A stretch of DNA of 64,000 nucleotides from an uncultured delta proteobacterium. Its GTDB lineage: Bacteria > Myxococcota_A > Polyangia > Palsa-1104. The notes under the pieces were generated by a model. That model did no database searches. It had not been told where the DNA came from and worked only from the letters and a program-made list of their open reading frames with translations. Shown piece by piece: positions 52,389-62,235 of the stretch. How positions within the stretch are numbered: the first letter of the stretch is position 1; the number at the start of each line of letters is the position of its first letter. The DNA lies in assembly GCA_963785725.1 (NCBI GenBank), contig CAWAWS010000039.1, forward strand, positions 224,001-288,000, given 5' to 3'. The position numbers were made by a program, and so were the translations under genes.

Positions 52389-52990
52389 TGGACGGCATCG
52401 AATCCAGCAATCGGCTCTTCGGTTATGCGGCGCTTCTGACCTCGTGGCTCTACGACCAAGTGGGCAGCGTGCTGTGGCCGCTGTCGATCGCCGGCATTGT
52501 CGCGGCGATCCTCGGCTTCGTCTGGCGGGCGCGCGCTCGGCGGCAGCTCGATGAGCTCGACCGTATCGGCGCCGCGCGGCGCCGCGTGCGCGACGTCGCC
52601 CCCGGGCTCGCCTGCGTCAACGGCCGTTGGCGCGCGCTCGACGATCGCCGCGGCCTCGTCGAGGACGACAGCGGCGCCGCGCTCGTCGTGTTCGCGCCCG
52701 GGCACGCCGGCGTCGCGCCCGTCGACGGCGCGGACGTCGTCGTCGTCGGGCTCGGCGGCGGGCTCGTCGACGATCCACGCGGCGCCGGCTATCGCGGCGA
52801 CACGCGGCTGCCGCAGCTGGCGGTCGTCGATGCCGGCCACTTCGTGCGGCCGGCGGCGCGCGGCTCCGACCCGATCGCGCGCGCCATCGTCATCGCGCGG
52901 CGGACGGCGCTGTTGGCCGGCGCCGCGTTCGCCGTCGGGCTCGGCCTGGCCGCGACGTCGATCGTCATCGCTTTGCGCGCCCTGTCCTGA
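52388..52990 (+). CDS. Hypothetical membrane protein
   Basis: TGATG overlap with the upstream gene; N- and C-terminal hydrophobic helices. Confidence 0.65.
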   Translation: MDGIESSNRLFGYAALLTSWLYDQVGSVLWPLSIAGIVAAILGFVWRARARRQLDELDRIGAARRRVRDVAPGLACVNGRWRALDDRRGLVEDDSGAALVVFAPGHAGVAPVDGADVVVVGLGGGLVDDPRGAGYRGDTRLPQLAVVDAGHFVRPAARGSDPIARAIVIARRTALLAGAAFAVGLGLAATSIVIALRALS

Positions 52991-53031
52991 AATCGCCGCA
53001 GCGCCGCCCGCTTCGACTATATTCGCGCGCC

Positions 53032-54039
53032 ATGGAGCTGCTCGAGGAGCTGGCGTGGCTGCGCTTTTACCTGCCGCGGCAGGCGGTGCAGCGGCTGGCG
53101 CGCGCGCTGCCGCTGGCCGCCGTGCGCGATCGGCTGCCGCGCGTCGTCGCCGAGCGGCTGCGCTTCGGGCTCTATCCGGCGCGCATTACCGACGCGGCCG
53201 AGGTCGTGTGCGCGCGCGAGCACGCGGCCTGGGGCGTGCCGGCGACGCTCGATCCGGCGCGGCCGATCGCGTTCACGACGCCGCCGCGCGTGTCGATCCT
53301 CGTCGTCACCTATGGAAACCTGGCGCTGACGCGGCTGTGCTTGGCGTCGCTGCAACGCTGCGCGGGCGCGCTGCCGTTCGAGGTCATCGTCGTCGACAAC
53401 GACTCGCCCGATGACAGCGCGACCTGGCTGCGCGAGGCCGAAGCGTCGCGGTTGCTGCCGCTGACCGTCGAGCTCAACCGCGACAATCGCGGCTTCGCGG
53501 CGGCGAACAACCAAGCGGCGCAGCACGCCAAAGGCGATATTCTCGTCTTTCTCAACAACGACTGCGTCGTGACGCCGGGCTGGCTCGAGCGGCTGGTGGC
53601 GCATCTCGACGCCGACGCGCGCATCGGGCTCATCGGGCCGGTCACGAACTCGGGCGGCAACGGCGAGGCGCAATTGGGTACGCATTACGCCGATCTCGAC
53701 GGCATGCGCGCCTTTGCCGGCGACTACACGCGCCAGCACGACGGCCAGGTCGACGACGTGCCGATGCTGGCGCTGTTCTGCGCGGCGGCGCGGCGCGATC
53801 GTTTCCTCGAGGTGGGCGCGCTCGACGAACGCTACGGCCTCGGCCTCTTCGAAGACGACGACTTGGCGATGGCCATGCTGCGCCGCGGCCTGCGCGTCTG
53901 CTTGGCGCGCGACGTCTTCGTGCACCACTATGGCGGCGCGGCGTTTGGCAAGCTGCCGGGCGCGCGCTATCTGCGGCTGTGGTGGACCAACCGTCGCCAG
54001 TTCGAGGCCAAGTGGCACACGCGCTGGATCCCGCGCTGA
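53032..54039 (+). CDS. GT2 family glycosyltransferase
   Basis: VSILVVTY, EVIVVDNDS, NRGFAAANN, FLNND, FEDDD and FVHH. Confidence 0.93.
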   Translation: MELLEELAWLRFYLPRQAVQRLARALPLAAVRDRLPRVVAERLRFGLYPARITDAAEVVCAREHAAWGVPATLDPARPIAFTTPPRVSILVVTYGNLALTRLCLASLQRCAGALPFEVIVVDNDSPDDSATWLREAEASRLLPLTVELNRDNRGFAAANNQAAQHAKGDILVFLNNDCVVTPGWLERLVAHLDADARIGLIGPVTNSGGNGEAQLGTHYADLDGMRAFAGDYTRQHDGQVDDVPMLALFCAAARRDRFLEVGALDERYGLGLFEDDDLAMAMLRRGLRVCLARDVFVHHYGGAAFGKLPGARYLRLWWTNRRQFEAKWHTRWIPR

Positions 54040-54043
54040 ACGA

Positions 54044-55483
54044 CTACGTCTGGCGCAGCTTGGCGACGGTGTTGGTCGTCGAGTGGCCGGCGACGGTCGG
54101 GACGATGCGCACTTCGCCGCCCCAGCTTTGCACTTCGCGCGCGCCGACGATGTTCTCGACCGTGTAGTCGCCGCCTTTGACGAGCACGTCCGGTCGACAG
54201 GCCAAGATCGCTTCCAGCGGCGTGTCCTCCGCGAACAGCGTCACCGAGCCGACCGACTCGAGGCCGGTCAAGAGCAGCGCGCGCTCGCGCTCGCCGATGA
54301 TCGGACGATCCGGTCCTTTGTGCAGCCGCCGCACCGACTCGTCGGTATTCACGGCCACGACCAGGTGATCGCCCATCGCCCGCGCCGCCTGCAGCAGCTT
54401 CAAGTGGCCGACGTGCAGCAGATCGAAGACGCCGTTGGTGAAGACGAGGCGCTGGCCGAGCACGTCGGCCGTCTTGCGCAGCTCGCTGAGTCCGCGGCGC
54501 TCGACGATCTTCAGGCTGAAGTCTTCGTGACCGAGCGCGGCGAATAATTCCTCGGCCCACACCGGCGCGGCGCCGACTTTGCCGACGGCGATGCCGCCGG
54601 CGACGTTGGCGACGTGCAGCGCGTCGGCCCAGTCGAGCCCGGCCGCGCGCGCGAGCACGAGCGCGGCGATGGCGCTGTCGCCGGCGCCGGTGACGTCGAA
54701 CGTCTGCCGCGCGCGCGCCGGACGGTGCACGATGCTGCCGTCGGCGAGCCGCGCCGTCATGCCGCGGGCGCCGCGCGTGACGATGATGTTGGCGCCGGTG
54801 ACGATCTCGCTGAGCCGGGTCGCCGCCGCGCGCAAGCTCAGCTCGTCGACGATCTCGACGCCGCTGGCCAGCTGCGCCTCGCGCTCGTTGGGCGTGATGG
54901 CCGCGGCGCCGACATAGCGACGATAATCGCGCCCTTTGGGGTCGACGAAGATGGGCGCCGACGTCGCCGCCGTCAGCAGCGCCATCAGCTCGGGCGAGAC
55001 GACGCCTTTGTCGTAGTCGGACACCAGCACGACGTCGGGCGACGGCAGCTCGGCGCGCAAGCCGTCGACGATCTGCCGTCGCTGCGCGTCGTTCAAGGGC
55101 GCGCGCTCCTCCTCGTCGATGCGCAAGAGCTGCTGGGCGCCGGCGAGCGCGCGCAGCTTGGTCGTCGTCGGACCGGCGCCGCGAACGAGACCGCCGGTGC
55201 CGACTTCGCGCTCGCGCGCCAGCTGCACGAGGCGCGCGCCGGCTTCGTCGTCGCCGATGAGCCCGCCGAGCGCGACGGTGGCGCCGAGCGTGCGCGCGTT
55301 GAGCGCGACGTTGGCCGCGCCGCCCGCGCGCTCCATGCGCTGCTTGACCAGCAGCACCGGCACCGGCGCCTCCGGCGACACGCGATCGACGGCGCCCGCG
55401 ACATAGCGGTCGAGCATGACGTCGCCGATGACCCACAAGCGCGGCGTGCGCTCGGACCAACGTTGCCGCAGTTGGTCGAGCAT
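54044..55483 (-). CDS. hldE: Bifunctional heptose-7-phosphate kinase / heptose-1-phosphate adenylyltransferase
   Basis: GDVMLDRY..RVSPEAPVPV, GGAANVA, SDYDKG, VDPKG, DVTGAGD; FTNGVFDLLHVGH and LVKGGDY. Confidence 0.96.
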   Translation of the reverse strand: MLDQLRQRWSERTPRLWVIGDVMLDRYVAGAVDRVSPEAPVPVLLVKQRMERAGGAANVALNARTLGATVALGGLIGDDEAGARLVQLAREREVGTGGLVRGAGPTTTKLRALAGAQQLLRIDEEERAPLNDAQRRQIVDGLRAELPSPDVVLVSDYDKGVVSPELMALLTAATSAPIFVDPKGRDYRRYVGAAAITPNEREAQLASGVEIVDELSLRAAATRLSEIVTGANIIVTRGARGMTARLADGSIVHRPARARQTFDVTGAGDSAIAALVLARAAGLDWADALHVANVAGGIAVGKVGAAPVWAEELFAALGHEDFSLKIVERRGLSELRKTADVLGQRLVFTNGVFDLLHVGHLKLLQAARAMGDHLVVAVNTDESVRRLHKGPDRPIIGERERALLLTGLESVGSVTLFAEDTPLEAILACRPDVLVKGGDYTVENIVGAREVQSWGGEVRIVPTVAGHSTTNTVAKLRQT

Positions 55484-56091
55484 CAACGACTCTCGCCGCA
55501 GCGACGCTCGATCAGATCGCAGACGATGTGGCCGATGGTGATGTGCAGCTCCTGGATGCGATCGGTCGTGAGGCCGGGCACGGTGAGCACGAGATCGGCC
55601 AGCTCGCCGAGCGCGTCCGCCTTCGGGCCTGTGAGCGCGATCACGTACAAGCCGCGTCCGCGGGCCATGCGCGCCGCTTGCAGCACATTGGGCGAGCGGC
55701 CGGACGTGGAGACGGCGAGCAGCACGTCCCCGGCGCGCCCGAGCGCTTCCACTTGACGCGCGAAGACTTGCTCGAAGCCGAAGTCGTTGGCGATGGCGGT
55801 CAGCGCGCTGGTGTCGGTCGTCAGCGAGATGGCCGCCAGCGCCTCGCGATTGGCGCGAAAGCGGCCGGTCAGCTCGGCGGCGATGTGCTGACAATCGGCT
55901 GCACTCCCGCCGTTGCCGCACAACAGCAGCTTGCCGCCGCCGAAGAGGGCGCTGGCGATGCGATCGGCGCAGTCGGCGATGGCCTCGGACATCGTCGCCG
56001 CCAGCTCTTGGCGCAGCGCGATCCCCTCTTGCAGCGCGGCGCGCACGTCGCGTACTGTGTCCAAAGTGGCGCCGCCGCGTCGCTCGCTCAT
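55483..56091 (-). CDS. gmhA: Phosphoheptose isomerase
   Basis: CGNGGSAADCQHIAAEL, TAIANDFG, STSGRSPN and RIQELH. Confidence 0.96.
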   Translation of the reverse strand: MSERRGGATLDTVRDVRAALQEGIALRQELAATMSEAIADCADRIASALFGGGKLLLCGNGGSAADCQHIAAELTGRFRANREALAAISLTTDTSALTAIANDFGFEQVFARQVEALGRAGDVLLAVSTSGRSPNVLQAARMARGRGLYVIALTGPKADALGELADLVLTVPGLTTDRIQELHITIGHIVCDLIERRCGESR

Positions 56092-56144
56092 TCGTGCGTC
56101 AAGCTAGCACAGGCAAGAATCCGCTCACAAGGCGCGCCCGCGAC

Positions 56145-57389
56145 GTGCACGACCGTCCCGTCGTCGTCGTGGTGAGCCACTTCGTGCCCGTGCCGCCGAG
56201 CGCCGGCAACGAGAAGCGGCTGTTTCATCTGCTGCGCTGGTTGAACGCGCGTGGCTTCGACGTCGTGCTCGTCGTCAACGCGCTGCATCTGCGGCTGACG
56301 CCGGAGCGGATTCGTCAGCTGCGCGGCGAGGTGCGCGCGCTCGAGCTCGTCGGCCAGCCGACGCCGCTGACGACGCGCTTGCCGTGGCCGGCGCGGCAGC
56401 TGTTGTCGCGCGCGCACGGCCTGGTCTCGTTCGCGTCGCAGGCGCGCTCGCGCTTGCAGCGGCCGCGCACGCGGCTCGAGCAGATCGAGGAAGACTTCTG
56501 CCCGCCGCCGCTGTTGCGCGCGCTCGACGTCATCGTGCGGCGCTGGCAGCCGCAGGTGATGCTGGCCGAGTACGTGTTCATGACGCGCTGTTTTCGCGCC
56601 GCGCCGCCGGGTGTGCTCAAGGTCATCGACACCCACGATCTGTTCTCCACGCGGCACGACAACGTGGTCGCGCACGGCATCGAAGATCGCCTCGTCATCT
56701 CGCGCGCCGACGAGACGCGCCTGTTGCGGCGCGCCGACTTGGTGGTCGTCATTCAAGATCACGAGCGGCGACAGGTGGAGGCGATGGCGCCCGGGCTCGC
56801 CGTCGTCACGGCCGGCTTCGACGCCGACCTCGCGCCGCGCCAGACCAGCCGCCGCGTCTCCGGTCGCGTCCTGCTCGTCGGCTCCGACAACGCGGTCAAC
56901 AGCCGCGGCCTGCACGACTTCTTGGCGCGCGCGTGGCCGGCCGTGCGCGCCGCGCAGCCGCAGGCGACGCTGCATGTCGCCGGCGGGCTCGGCCGTCATC
57001 GCATCGACGTGCCCGGCGTCGCCTGGCTCGGCATCGTGCCCGACTTGACGGCCGAATATGCCGCCTGCGAGCTCGTCATCAACCCGTCGATCGCCGGCAG
57101 CGGGCTCAAGATCAAGTCGGTGGAAGCGTTGGCGCAGCGGCGTCCGCTCGTCGCCTGGCCCAACGGCGTGGCCGGCCTGGAAGATCCGGCGCCGCCGTAT
57201 CTCGTGGCGACCGACTGGGACGACTTCGCGGCGCAGGTCATCGCGCTCATCGGCGACGTCAGCTTGCGCGTCATGCTCGAGCGCCGCTTCGACGCCTACT
57301 TGGAGCGCTTCACGCCGGCGCGGGTCTACGGCGAGCTCGGCCGCGCGCTCGACGAGTGGCTCGACCGCGAAGCGTCATCCGAGAAGTAG
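56145..57389 (+). CDS. GT4-like glycosyltransferase
   Basis: IDTHD..E; INPSIAGSGLKIKSVEALA. Confidence 0.85.
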   Translation: MHDRPVVVVVSHFVPVPPSAGNEKRLFHLLRWLNARGFDVVLVVNALHLRLTPERIRQLRGEVRALELVGQPTPLTTRLPWPARQLLSRAHGLVSFASQARSRLQRPRTRLEQIEEDFCPPPLLRALDVIVRRWQPQVMLAEYVFMTRCFRAAPPGVLKVIDTHDLFSTRHDNVVAHGIEDRLVISRADETRLLRRADLVVVIQDHERRQVEAMAPGLAVVTAGFDADLAPRQTSRRVSGRVLLVGSDNAVNSRGLHDFLARAWPAVRAAQPQATLHVAGGLGRHRIDVPGVAWLGIVPDLTAEYAACELVINPSIAGSGLKIKSVEALAQRRPLVAWPNGVAGLEDPAPPYLVATDWDDFAAQVIALIGDVSLRVMLERRFDAYLERFTPARVYGELGRALDEWLDREASSEK

Positions 57390-57396
57390 CCGGTCG

Positions 57397-58458
57397 TTAC
57401 TCGACGGCGTCGCGAACGGCCTCGAGCCAGCCGCGACCGAAGCGACGGTCGGGCTCCAAGTGGTTGCCTTCGGCCCACTCGTTCCACGACTTGACGAACA
57501 CGAGCCGCTGGTCGGCCGGTCGCGACTGCACCGACTCGACGGCGCGTCGCATCAGCGGCGCGAACGTCGCCGGCGTCGCGCCGTGAAAGACGAAGCCGCG
57601 CTGGCCCGAGCGCGGCGTGTTGTCCCAATTGGGCACGACGCACGGATGGTTGGCGAAGGGCAGCTCGCGCAGCGGCAGACCGCGCTCGTGGAACTCGTCG
57701 GGCAAATAGACGTCGGGCCAGCCCAAGTGCCGCTTGCCGAAGCGCGCCAGCCGTGACGGCTTGTGCGTCTCCTGTACGCGAATGAGCGTCGCGCCCGGCT
57801 CGCACAAGATCGAGGCGTCGAAGCCGTGCTCGCTCGGCACCCAATTTTCGGCGGCGATGCCGACGAGATGAATGCCGGGCAGCCCATGCTCGACGGCGAG
57901 CGCGCGAAAATGCGCCGTAATCCGCTGCGCGTCCGGCAGATCTTCGGGGCGATAGATGACGAACAGCGGCTTGCCGTCGACGCGCACATAGCGCGGATCG
58001 GAGAACGCCTGCATGAGCAGCGCAAAATGCTGCCGCTCGTTTTCGGGACCGGGATAGGTCTGCTCGACGAGCACGTCATTCGCGCGGCCGTGCCAGATGC
58101 CGGTCCACGTCTGATTGGCCCACGCCAGGCAGAACGGAAAATCGGGCTTACGCGCGGCCAACACTTCGTCGAACGGCCGCTCCAACAAGCGACGACCGCC
58201 GAACCAGTAGTGCCAGTAGCAGAACGCCTCGACGCCATATTGGCGCGCCAACGCCGCCTGCGCGATGCGCGACTCCTCGAGCCGCAGATCGTAGAAGCCG
58301 AGCTCCGACGGCAGACGTGGCTGCTGGTGACCGGGATAGAGCGCGCTCGCTTTGGTGACGTTGGTCCACTCGGTAAATCCCGGCTCCCACCACTCGTCGT
58401 TCTCGGCGATGGGATGGAACTGCGGCAAATAAAAGGCGATGACGCGGGCGCGTTTCAC
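57397..58458 (-). CDS. WbsX / GH99-like glycan-processing protein
   Basis: IAFYLPQFHPIAENDEWW..GFTEWTNV, GFYDLR, FCLAWAN, PNWDNTPR and KSWNEWAEGNHLEPD. Confidence 0.93.
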   Translation of the reverse strand: MKRARVIAFYLPQFHPIAENDEWWEPGFTEWTNVTKASALYPGHQQPRLPSELGFYDLRLEESRIAQAALARQYGVEAFCYWHYWFGGRRLLERPFDEVLAARKPDFPFCLAWANQTWTGIWHGRANDVLVEQTYPGPENERQHFALLMQAFSDPRYVRVDGKPLFVIYRPEDLPDAQRITAHFRALAVEHGLPGIHLVGIAAENWVPSEHGFDASILCEPGATLIRVQETHKPSRLARFGKRHLGWPDVYLPDEFHERGLPLRELPFANHPCVVPNWDNTPRSGQRGFVFHGATPATFAPLMRRAVESVQSRPADQRLVFVKSWNEWAEGNHLEPDRRFGRGWLEAVRDAVE

Positions 58459-60812
58459 GATTGCGGCTCCCGATTCCAGCGCGCGGCGATGCGGATGCGG
58501 GCGTGCGCTTCGCCTTCGGGATAGGTGACTCTGAACGGCGTCAGCCCCGCGCGCACGAGCAGCTCGGTGATGTGATTCGAACGATACATGTACGGATGCT
58601 CCAACGGCTTGACGTCTTCGTGATCGATGCCGTGATCGGTGAACGCCTGCGAGTCGGTGCGAAAGGTCTCGAGCAGCAGCACCGCGTCGTCGGCGACGAA
58701 GGGCAAGAGCGCGCGCAAGTAGGCCACCGGATCGTAGAGATGCTCGAAGACGTCGAACATCGAGACGAGGGAAAAGCGCGGGGCGCTCGTGAGCGCTTGC
58801 AGCGACGTATAGACCGGCACGCCCGATAAGACCGACGTCTTCTGCGCCAGCGTCGCGTCGAGCTCGAGGCCGGCGCTGGCGAAGCCGTGCTCGCGCAGCC
58901 GGCGCGGCAAAGTGCCGAGCGCGCAGCCGATGTCGAGGACGGCGCTGCCGGCGGGCGCGATGGCGGCGACGTCGTCGACGCGCTCGGCGGCGGCGAAGTA
59001 GTCGTAGCGATAGCGCTCGACGTGCGGCGGATAGCCGTGCAGCCGCATGAAGTCGGTCCAGTAGGTCTCGCGATAGAGCTTGGGTAGATCGGCTTCGGTG
59101 ATGCGGCGGCGGACGAACCACAAGCCGCAGCTGTCGCAGGCGGCGATGGGCAGGCGAAAGCGCTCGCCGACGGCCGCGTGCGCGGCGGCGCCGCAGAGCG
59201 GGCAGGCCGTCAGCTCTTCGAACGTGACCTCGGCGAAGAGCGCGTCGAGGAAGCGATCGCGATCGGCCTCCGGCATCGGCGTGCCCGACGGAAAGGCGCG
59301 CAGCGCCGGCGCGTCGGCGTTGCCGACGGCGGCGTCGGCGGCGAGGTCGCGCAGCGCGGCGACGATCGTGTCGTCGTCGGCGTGGGCGTGGCAGACGTTG
59401 CCGCCGTCGAGCGCACACAGCGTCTGGTCGACGCAGGGTACGCACGGCAGCGGCTTGTGCAGCAGCCGATAGCGCGGCGACTCGACGCCGCAGGCGTGCG
59501 CCGGCAAGGTCGAGCCGAACAGCTGCACCGTCGGGATGCCGAGCACCTGCGCGCAGTGCGCCGGGAACGAGTCGGTGCCGAGCAGCGCCACCGCCGAGCC
59601 GACGAGCACGCGAAAGCTGGCCAGATCGGTGTACGGCAGCGCCGGCACATCGGGGCAGGACGGCTCGGGCTTGCCGAGGATCACCGGCGCGAAACCGGCC
59701 GCTTGCAGCTTGCGCAACAGCGGTCCGCGCCGCGCCGTCGGCAGCTCCTTCAGCTTCCAGCCGCCTTCGAAGTGCACGACGATACGGCTGGGGATCGGCG
59801 CCAGCGTTCCCCATTCGCCTGCCGGCGGCAGCGCCGGCGGTTGGCGCGGGCCGTGACCGGGGCCGCCGAGCGCGAACGCCATCGACTCGCGCAAGTGATG
59901 ATGCGGCGGGCGATAGTCGCGAAACGGACGATAGAGGTGCCAGAAGCGCGGCTCGGGATCGGCGAGCGCCAGCACGCAGCTCCACAGGTGCGCGTGCTCG
60001 TCGCGGATGTCGACGCCGGGGCGATAGGGCGTCGGCAGCGTCGCCGTCCAGGTCGCGATGTCGGGCCGCGCCCAGCGCGCGATGTCGGCGTACGGCGCCA
60101 GCGTCACGAACGCGCTCACGCCCGAGTCGACGAGGCCGAGCGCCTGCGACCAGAAGAGCACGTCGCCGGCGTGATAGCCGATGACGGCGATGCGCTCGCC
60201 GTGCAAGCGGTCGGCGCGTTCGAGCGGGCGCGCTTCGAGCCGCTCGGCGGCGCGGATCGTCGCGTGGGCCAGCGCCGGGCTGAGCGGCCAGTAGCCGTTC
60301 GCCGCCGGCGCCACGTCCGACGGCCAACGCAGCGGCACGTCGACGCGCACGCCGGCACCGAACGACGCGCGCAGGAGGCGCTCGTCGACGGCGGCGTCGA
60401 ACGTGGTCAAGAGGCCAAAATGCTGCGCCGGCGCGTCATCGGCGACGTCGGCGCTGAACGCGTACGCCAGCGGCAGCGCCGTCTTGTCGTCGGCGAAGAG
60501 CACGAACCCGCGCGCCTCGTCGACCGGCATGCAGTAGCTGCGCACGATGAGCTCGTCGACCAGGTGCGGCGCCAGCGTCACGTATGGATTGCACACGAGA
60601 TAGCGGCGCGCCTCCGCCTGATCGCGACGCAGCCGGCGCAGCATCTCGCCGACGTAACGGCCCGGCGACGCGAAGCAGGATTCGAGCATCGCCGTGCCGT
60701 CGAGCGCGACATGGGGATCGCGCGCCAACGAAAAGCGCGTCATCGTCGCCGCGCGCAGCCAGCTCGGGATCGCCGGCGACGCGTCGGCCAGAAGGGCCGC
60801 GGCCAGCCTCAT
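58455..60812 (-). CDS. Fusion protein: unknown N-terminal domain + GT9 (heptosyltransferase-like) + class I SAM methyltransferase
   Basis: HAGDVLF, GTDSFPAHCAQVLGIPTVQLFGST, CVPC..C; then CPLCG..CDSCG, VLDIGCALG and FDVFEHLYDP. Confidence 0.85.
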   Translation of the reverse strand: MRLAAALLADASPAIPSWLRAATMTRFSLARDPHVALDGTAMLESCFASPGRYVGEMLRRLRRDQAEARRYLVCNPYVTLAPHLVDELIVRSYCMPVDEARGFVLFADDKTALPLAYAFSADVADDAPAQHFGLLTTFDAAVDERLLRASFGAGVRVDVPLRWPSDVAPAANGYWPLSPALAHATIRAAERLEARPLERADRLHGERIAVIGYHAGDVLFWSQALGLVDSGVSAFVTLAPYADIARWARPDIATWTATLPTPYRPGVDIRDEHAHLWSCVLALADPEPRFWHLYRPFRDYRPPHHHLRESMAFALGGPGHGPRQPPALPPAGEWGTLAPIPSRIVVHFEGGWKLKELPTARRGPLLRKLQAAGFAPVILGKPEPSCPDVPALPYTDLASFRVLVGSAVALLGTDSFPAHCAQVLGIPTVQLFGSTLPAHACGVESPRYRLLHKPLPCVPCVDQTLCALDGGNVCHAHADDDTIVAALRDLAADAAVGNADAPALRAFPSGTPMPEADRDRFLDALFAEVTFEELTACPLCGAAAHAAVGERFRLPIAACDSCGLWFVRRRITEADLPKLYRETYWTDFMRLHGYPPHVERYRYDYFAAAERVDDVAAIAPAGSAVLDIGCALGTLPRRLREHGFASAGLELDATLAQKTSVLSGVPVYTSLQALTSAPRFSLVSMFDVFEHLYDPVAYLRALLPFVADDAVLLLETFRTDSQAFTDHGIDHEDVKPLEHPYMYRSNHITELLVRAGLTPFRVTYPEGEAHARIRIAARWNREPQS

Positions 60813-61717
60813 TTTTCGGCGTGCCGCAGCACCAACAAGAGCTCGGCTCGGCTCGGCTCGGGCGCGCGGGCCACGATCGCGTTCAGCGCCAGCGCCGCCA
60901 CGCGCAACAGCGAATTGAGCTGCGCGCGACCCCAGCGCCAGCGCGAATGCGACCAGCCGCCGTCGCTGCGTTCGAAGAGCGTGTGCAGCTTGACGTCGGC
61001 CAGCGTGCTCGCGTCCCAGCGCTCGAAGTAGTGCTCGCCGACGACTTGCAAGCCGTGCCGCTCGACCAGCGCGCGCAATCCCGTCGCCGTGAAGTGATGG
61101 ATGTGCACGTAGGGCGGCTGGCTCCAGACCCAGCGCGTGCCCATCGCTTCGTAGCCGAGCGACCCGGCGTTGGGCACGGCCAAGAGCAGCGTGCCGTCGT
61201 GCGCCAACTTTCCGCGCAGCTGCTCGAGGAGCTCACCCGGCTCGCGCGCGTGCTCGAGCATGTGATGGCCGACGATCGTGTCGAAGCGATCGAGCGTCGT
61301 CTGTCCTTTGGCCTTGTCGGCGCCGTTGTAAACGGGATCGCGCGTCTCGGCGTCGTAGCCGCACAAGCGCAGCACGCGCGAGAAGTAGCCGAGGCCGCCG
61401 CCGAAGTCGAGGATGCGCCCGCCGAGCAGGCCGAGCCGGCGATACTGGAGCACGCGCTGCAGTGAATCGAGGAGCTTGACCGGGTAGTGATCGCGATACC
61501 AGCCGAAGTTGAACTCGGCGCCGTAGAGCTCATCGAGCAGCGGCTGTGACGGCAGCGGATCGGTGAACATGCCGCCGCAGGCGCGACAGCGAACGAGCGT
61601 GTGCTCCTGTCCGGCGCGCTGCCAGCGCTGCTCGGGCGCAGCGTCGGTGAGCGCCTGCGCGCCGCAGTGATGGCACGAGGCCTTGGCGACCGCTTGCATC
61701 GCGGAATCGGTTAGCAT
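60809..61717 (-). CDS. Class I SAM-dependent methyltransferase with zinc-ribbon N-terminus
   Basis: CHHCG..CRACG, ILDFGGGLG, HMLEH, LAVPN and HIHHFT. Confidence 0.9.
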   Translation of the reverse strand: MLTDSAMQAVAKASCHHCGAQALTDAAPEQRWQRAGQEHTLVRCRACGGMFTDPLPSQPLLDELYGAEFNFGWYRDHYPVKLLDSLQRVLQYRRLGLLGGRILDFGGGLGYFSRVLRLCGYDAETRDPVYNGADKAKGQTTLDRFDTIVGHHMLEHAREPGELLEQLRGKLAHDGTLLLAVPNAGSLGYEAMGTRWVWSQPPYVHIHHFTATGLRALVERHGLQVVGEHYFERWDASTLADVKLHTLFERSDGGWSHSRWRWGRAQLNSLLRVAALALNAIVARAPEPSRAELLLVLRHAEK

Positions 61718-61728
61718 GGTTGTCTCAC

Positions 61729-62235
61729 ATGGTCCAGGCGAAGCGGCGCGCCGCATTCCTCGATCGCGACGGCACGATCAACCGCGAGGTCGGCTTCGTC
61801 ACGACGCCCGATCAGCTGCTGCTCGAGCCGGGCGCGGCCGGTGCCATTCGTCGCCTGAACGACGCCGGCGTGCTGGCGATCGTCATCACCAATCAGTCGG
61901 CGATCGCGCGCCGGCTCATCGACGACGCGATGTTGGCGCGCATTCACGAGCGGCTGGCGGCGACCCTGGCGGCCGAAGCCGGCGCGCGTCTGGATGCCTT
62001 CTATATTTGTCCGCACCATCCCGACGTCGCGCCCTGTGATTGCCGCAAGCCGCTGCCCGGCCTCATCGAGCGCGCCGTGCGCGAGCACGACATCGATCGC
62101 GCGCGGTCGGTGCTGTTCGGCGACATGCCGCGCGATCTGGAAGCGGCGCGCGCGGCCGGCGTCGCCGCCGTGCAAGTGGGCGCGACGCACCCGCTGGCGC
62201 GCGCCGTCGACGACTGGCTCGCTCACGTCGACTGA
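61729..62235 (+). CDS. gmhB: D,D-heptose 1,7-bisphosphate phosphatase
   Basis: FLDRDGTIN, ITNQS, CPHHP..CDCRKP and GD..RD. Confidence 0.93.
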   Translation: MVQAKRRAAFLDRDGTINREVGFVTTPDQLLLEPGAAGAIRRLNDAGVLAIVITNQSAIARRLIDDAMLARIHERLAATLAAEAGARLDAFYICPHHPDVAPCDCRKPLPGLIERAVREHDIDRARSVLFGDMPRDLEAARAAGVAAVQVGATHPLARAVDDWLAHVD

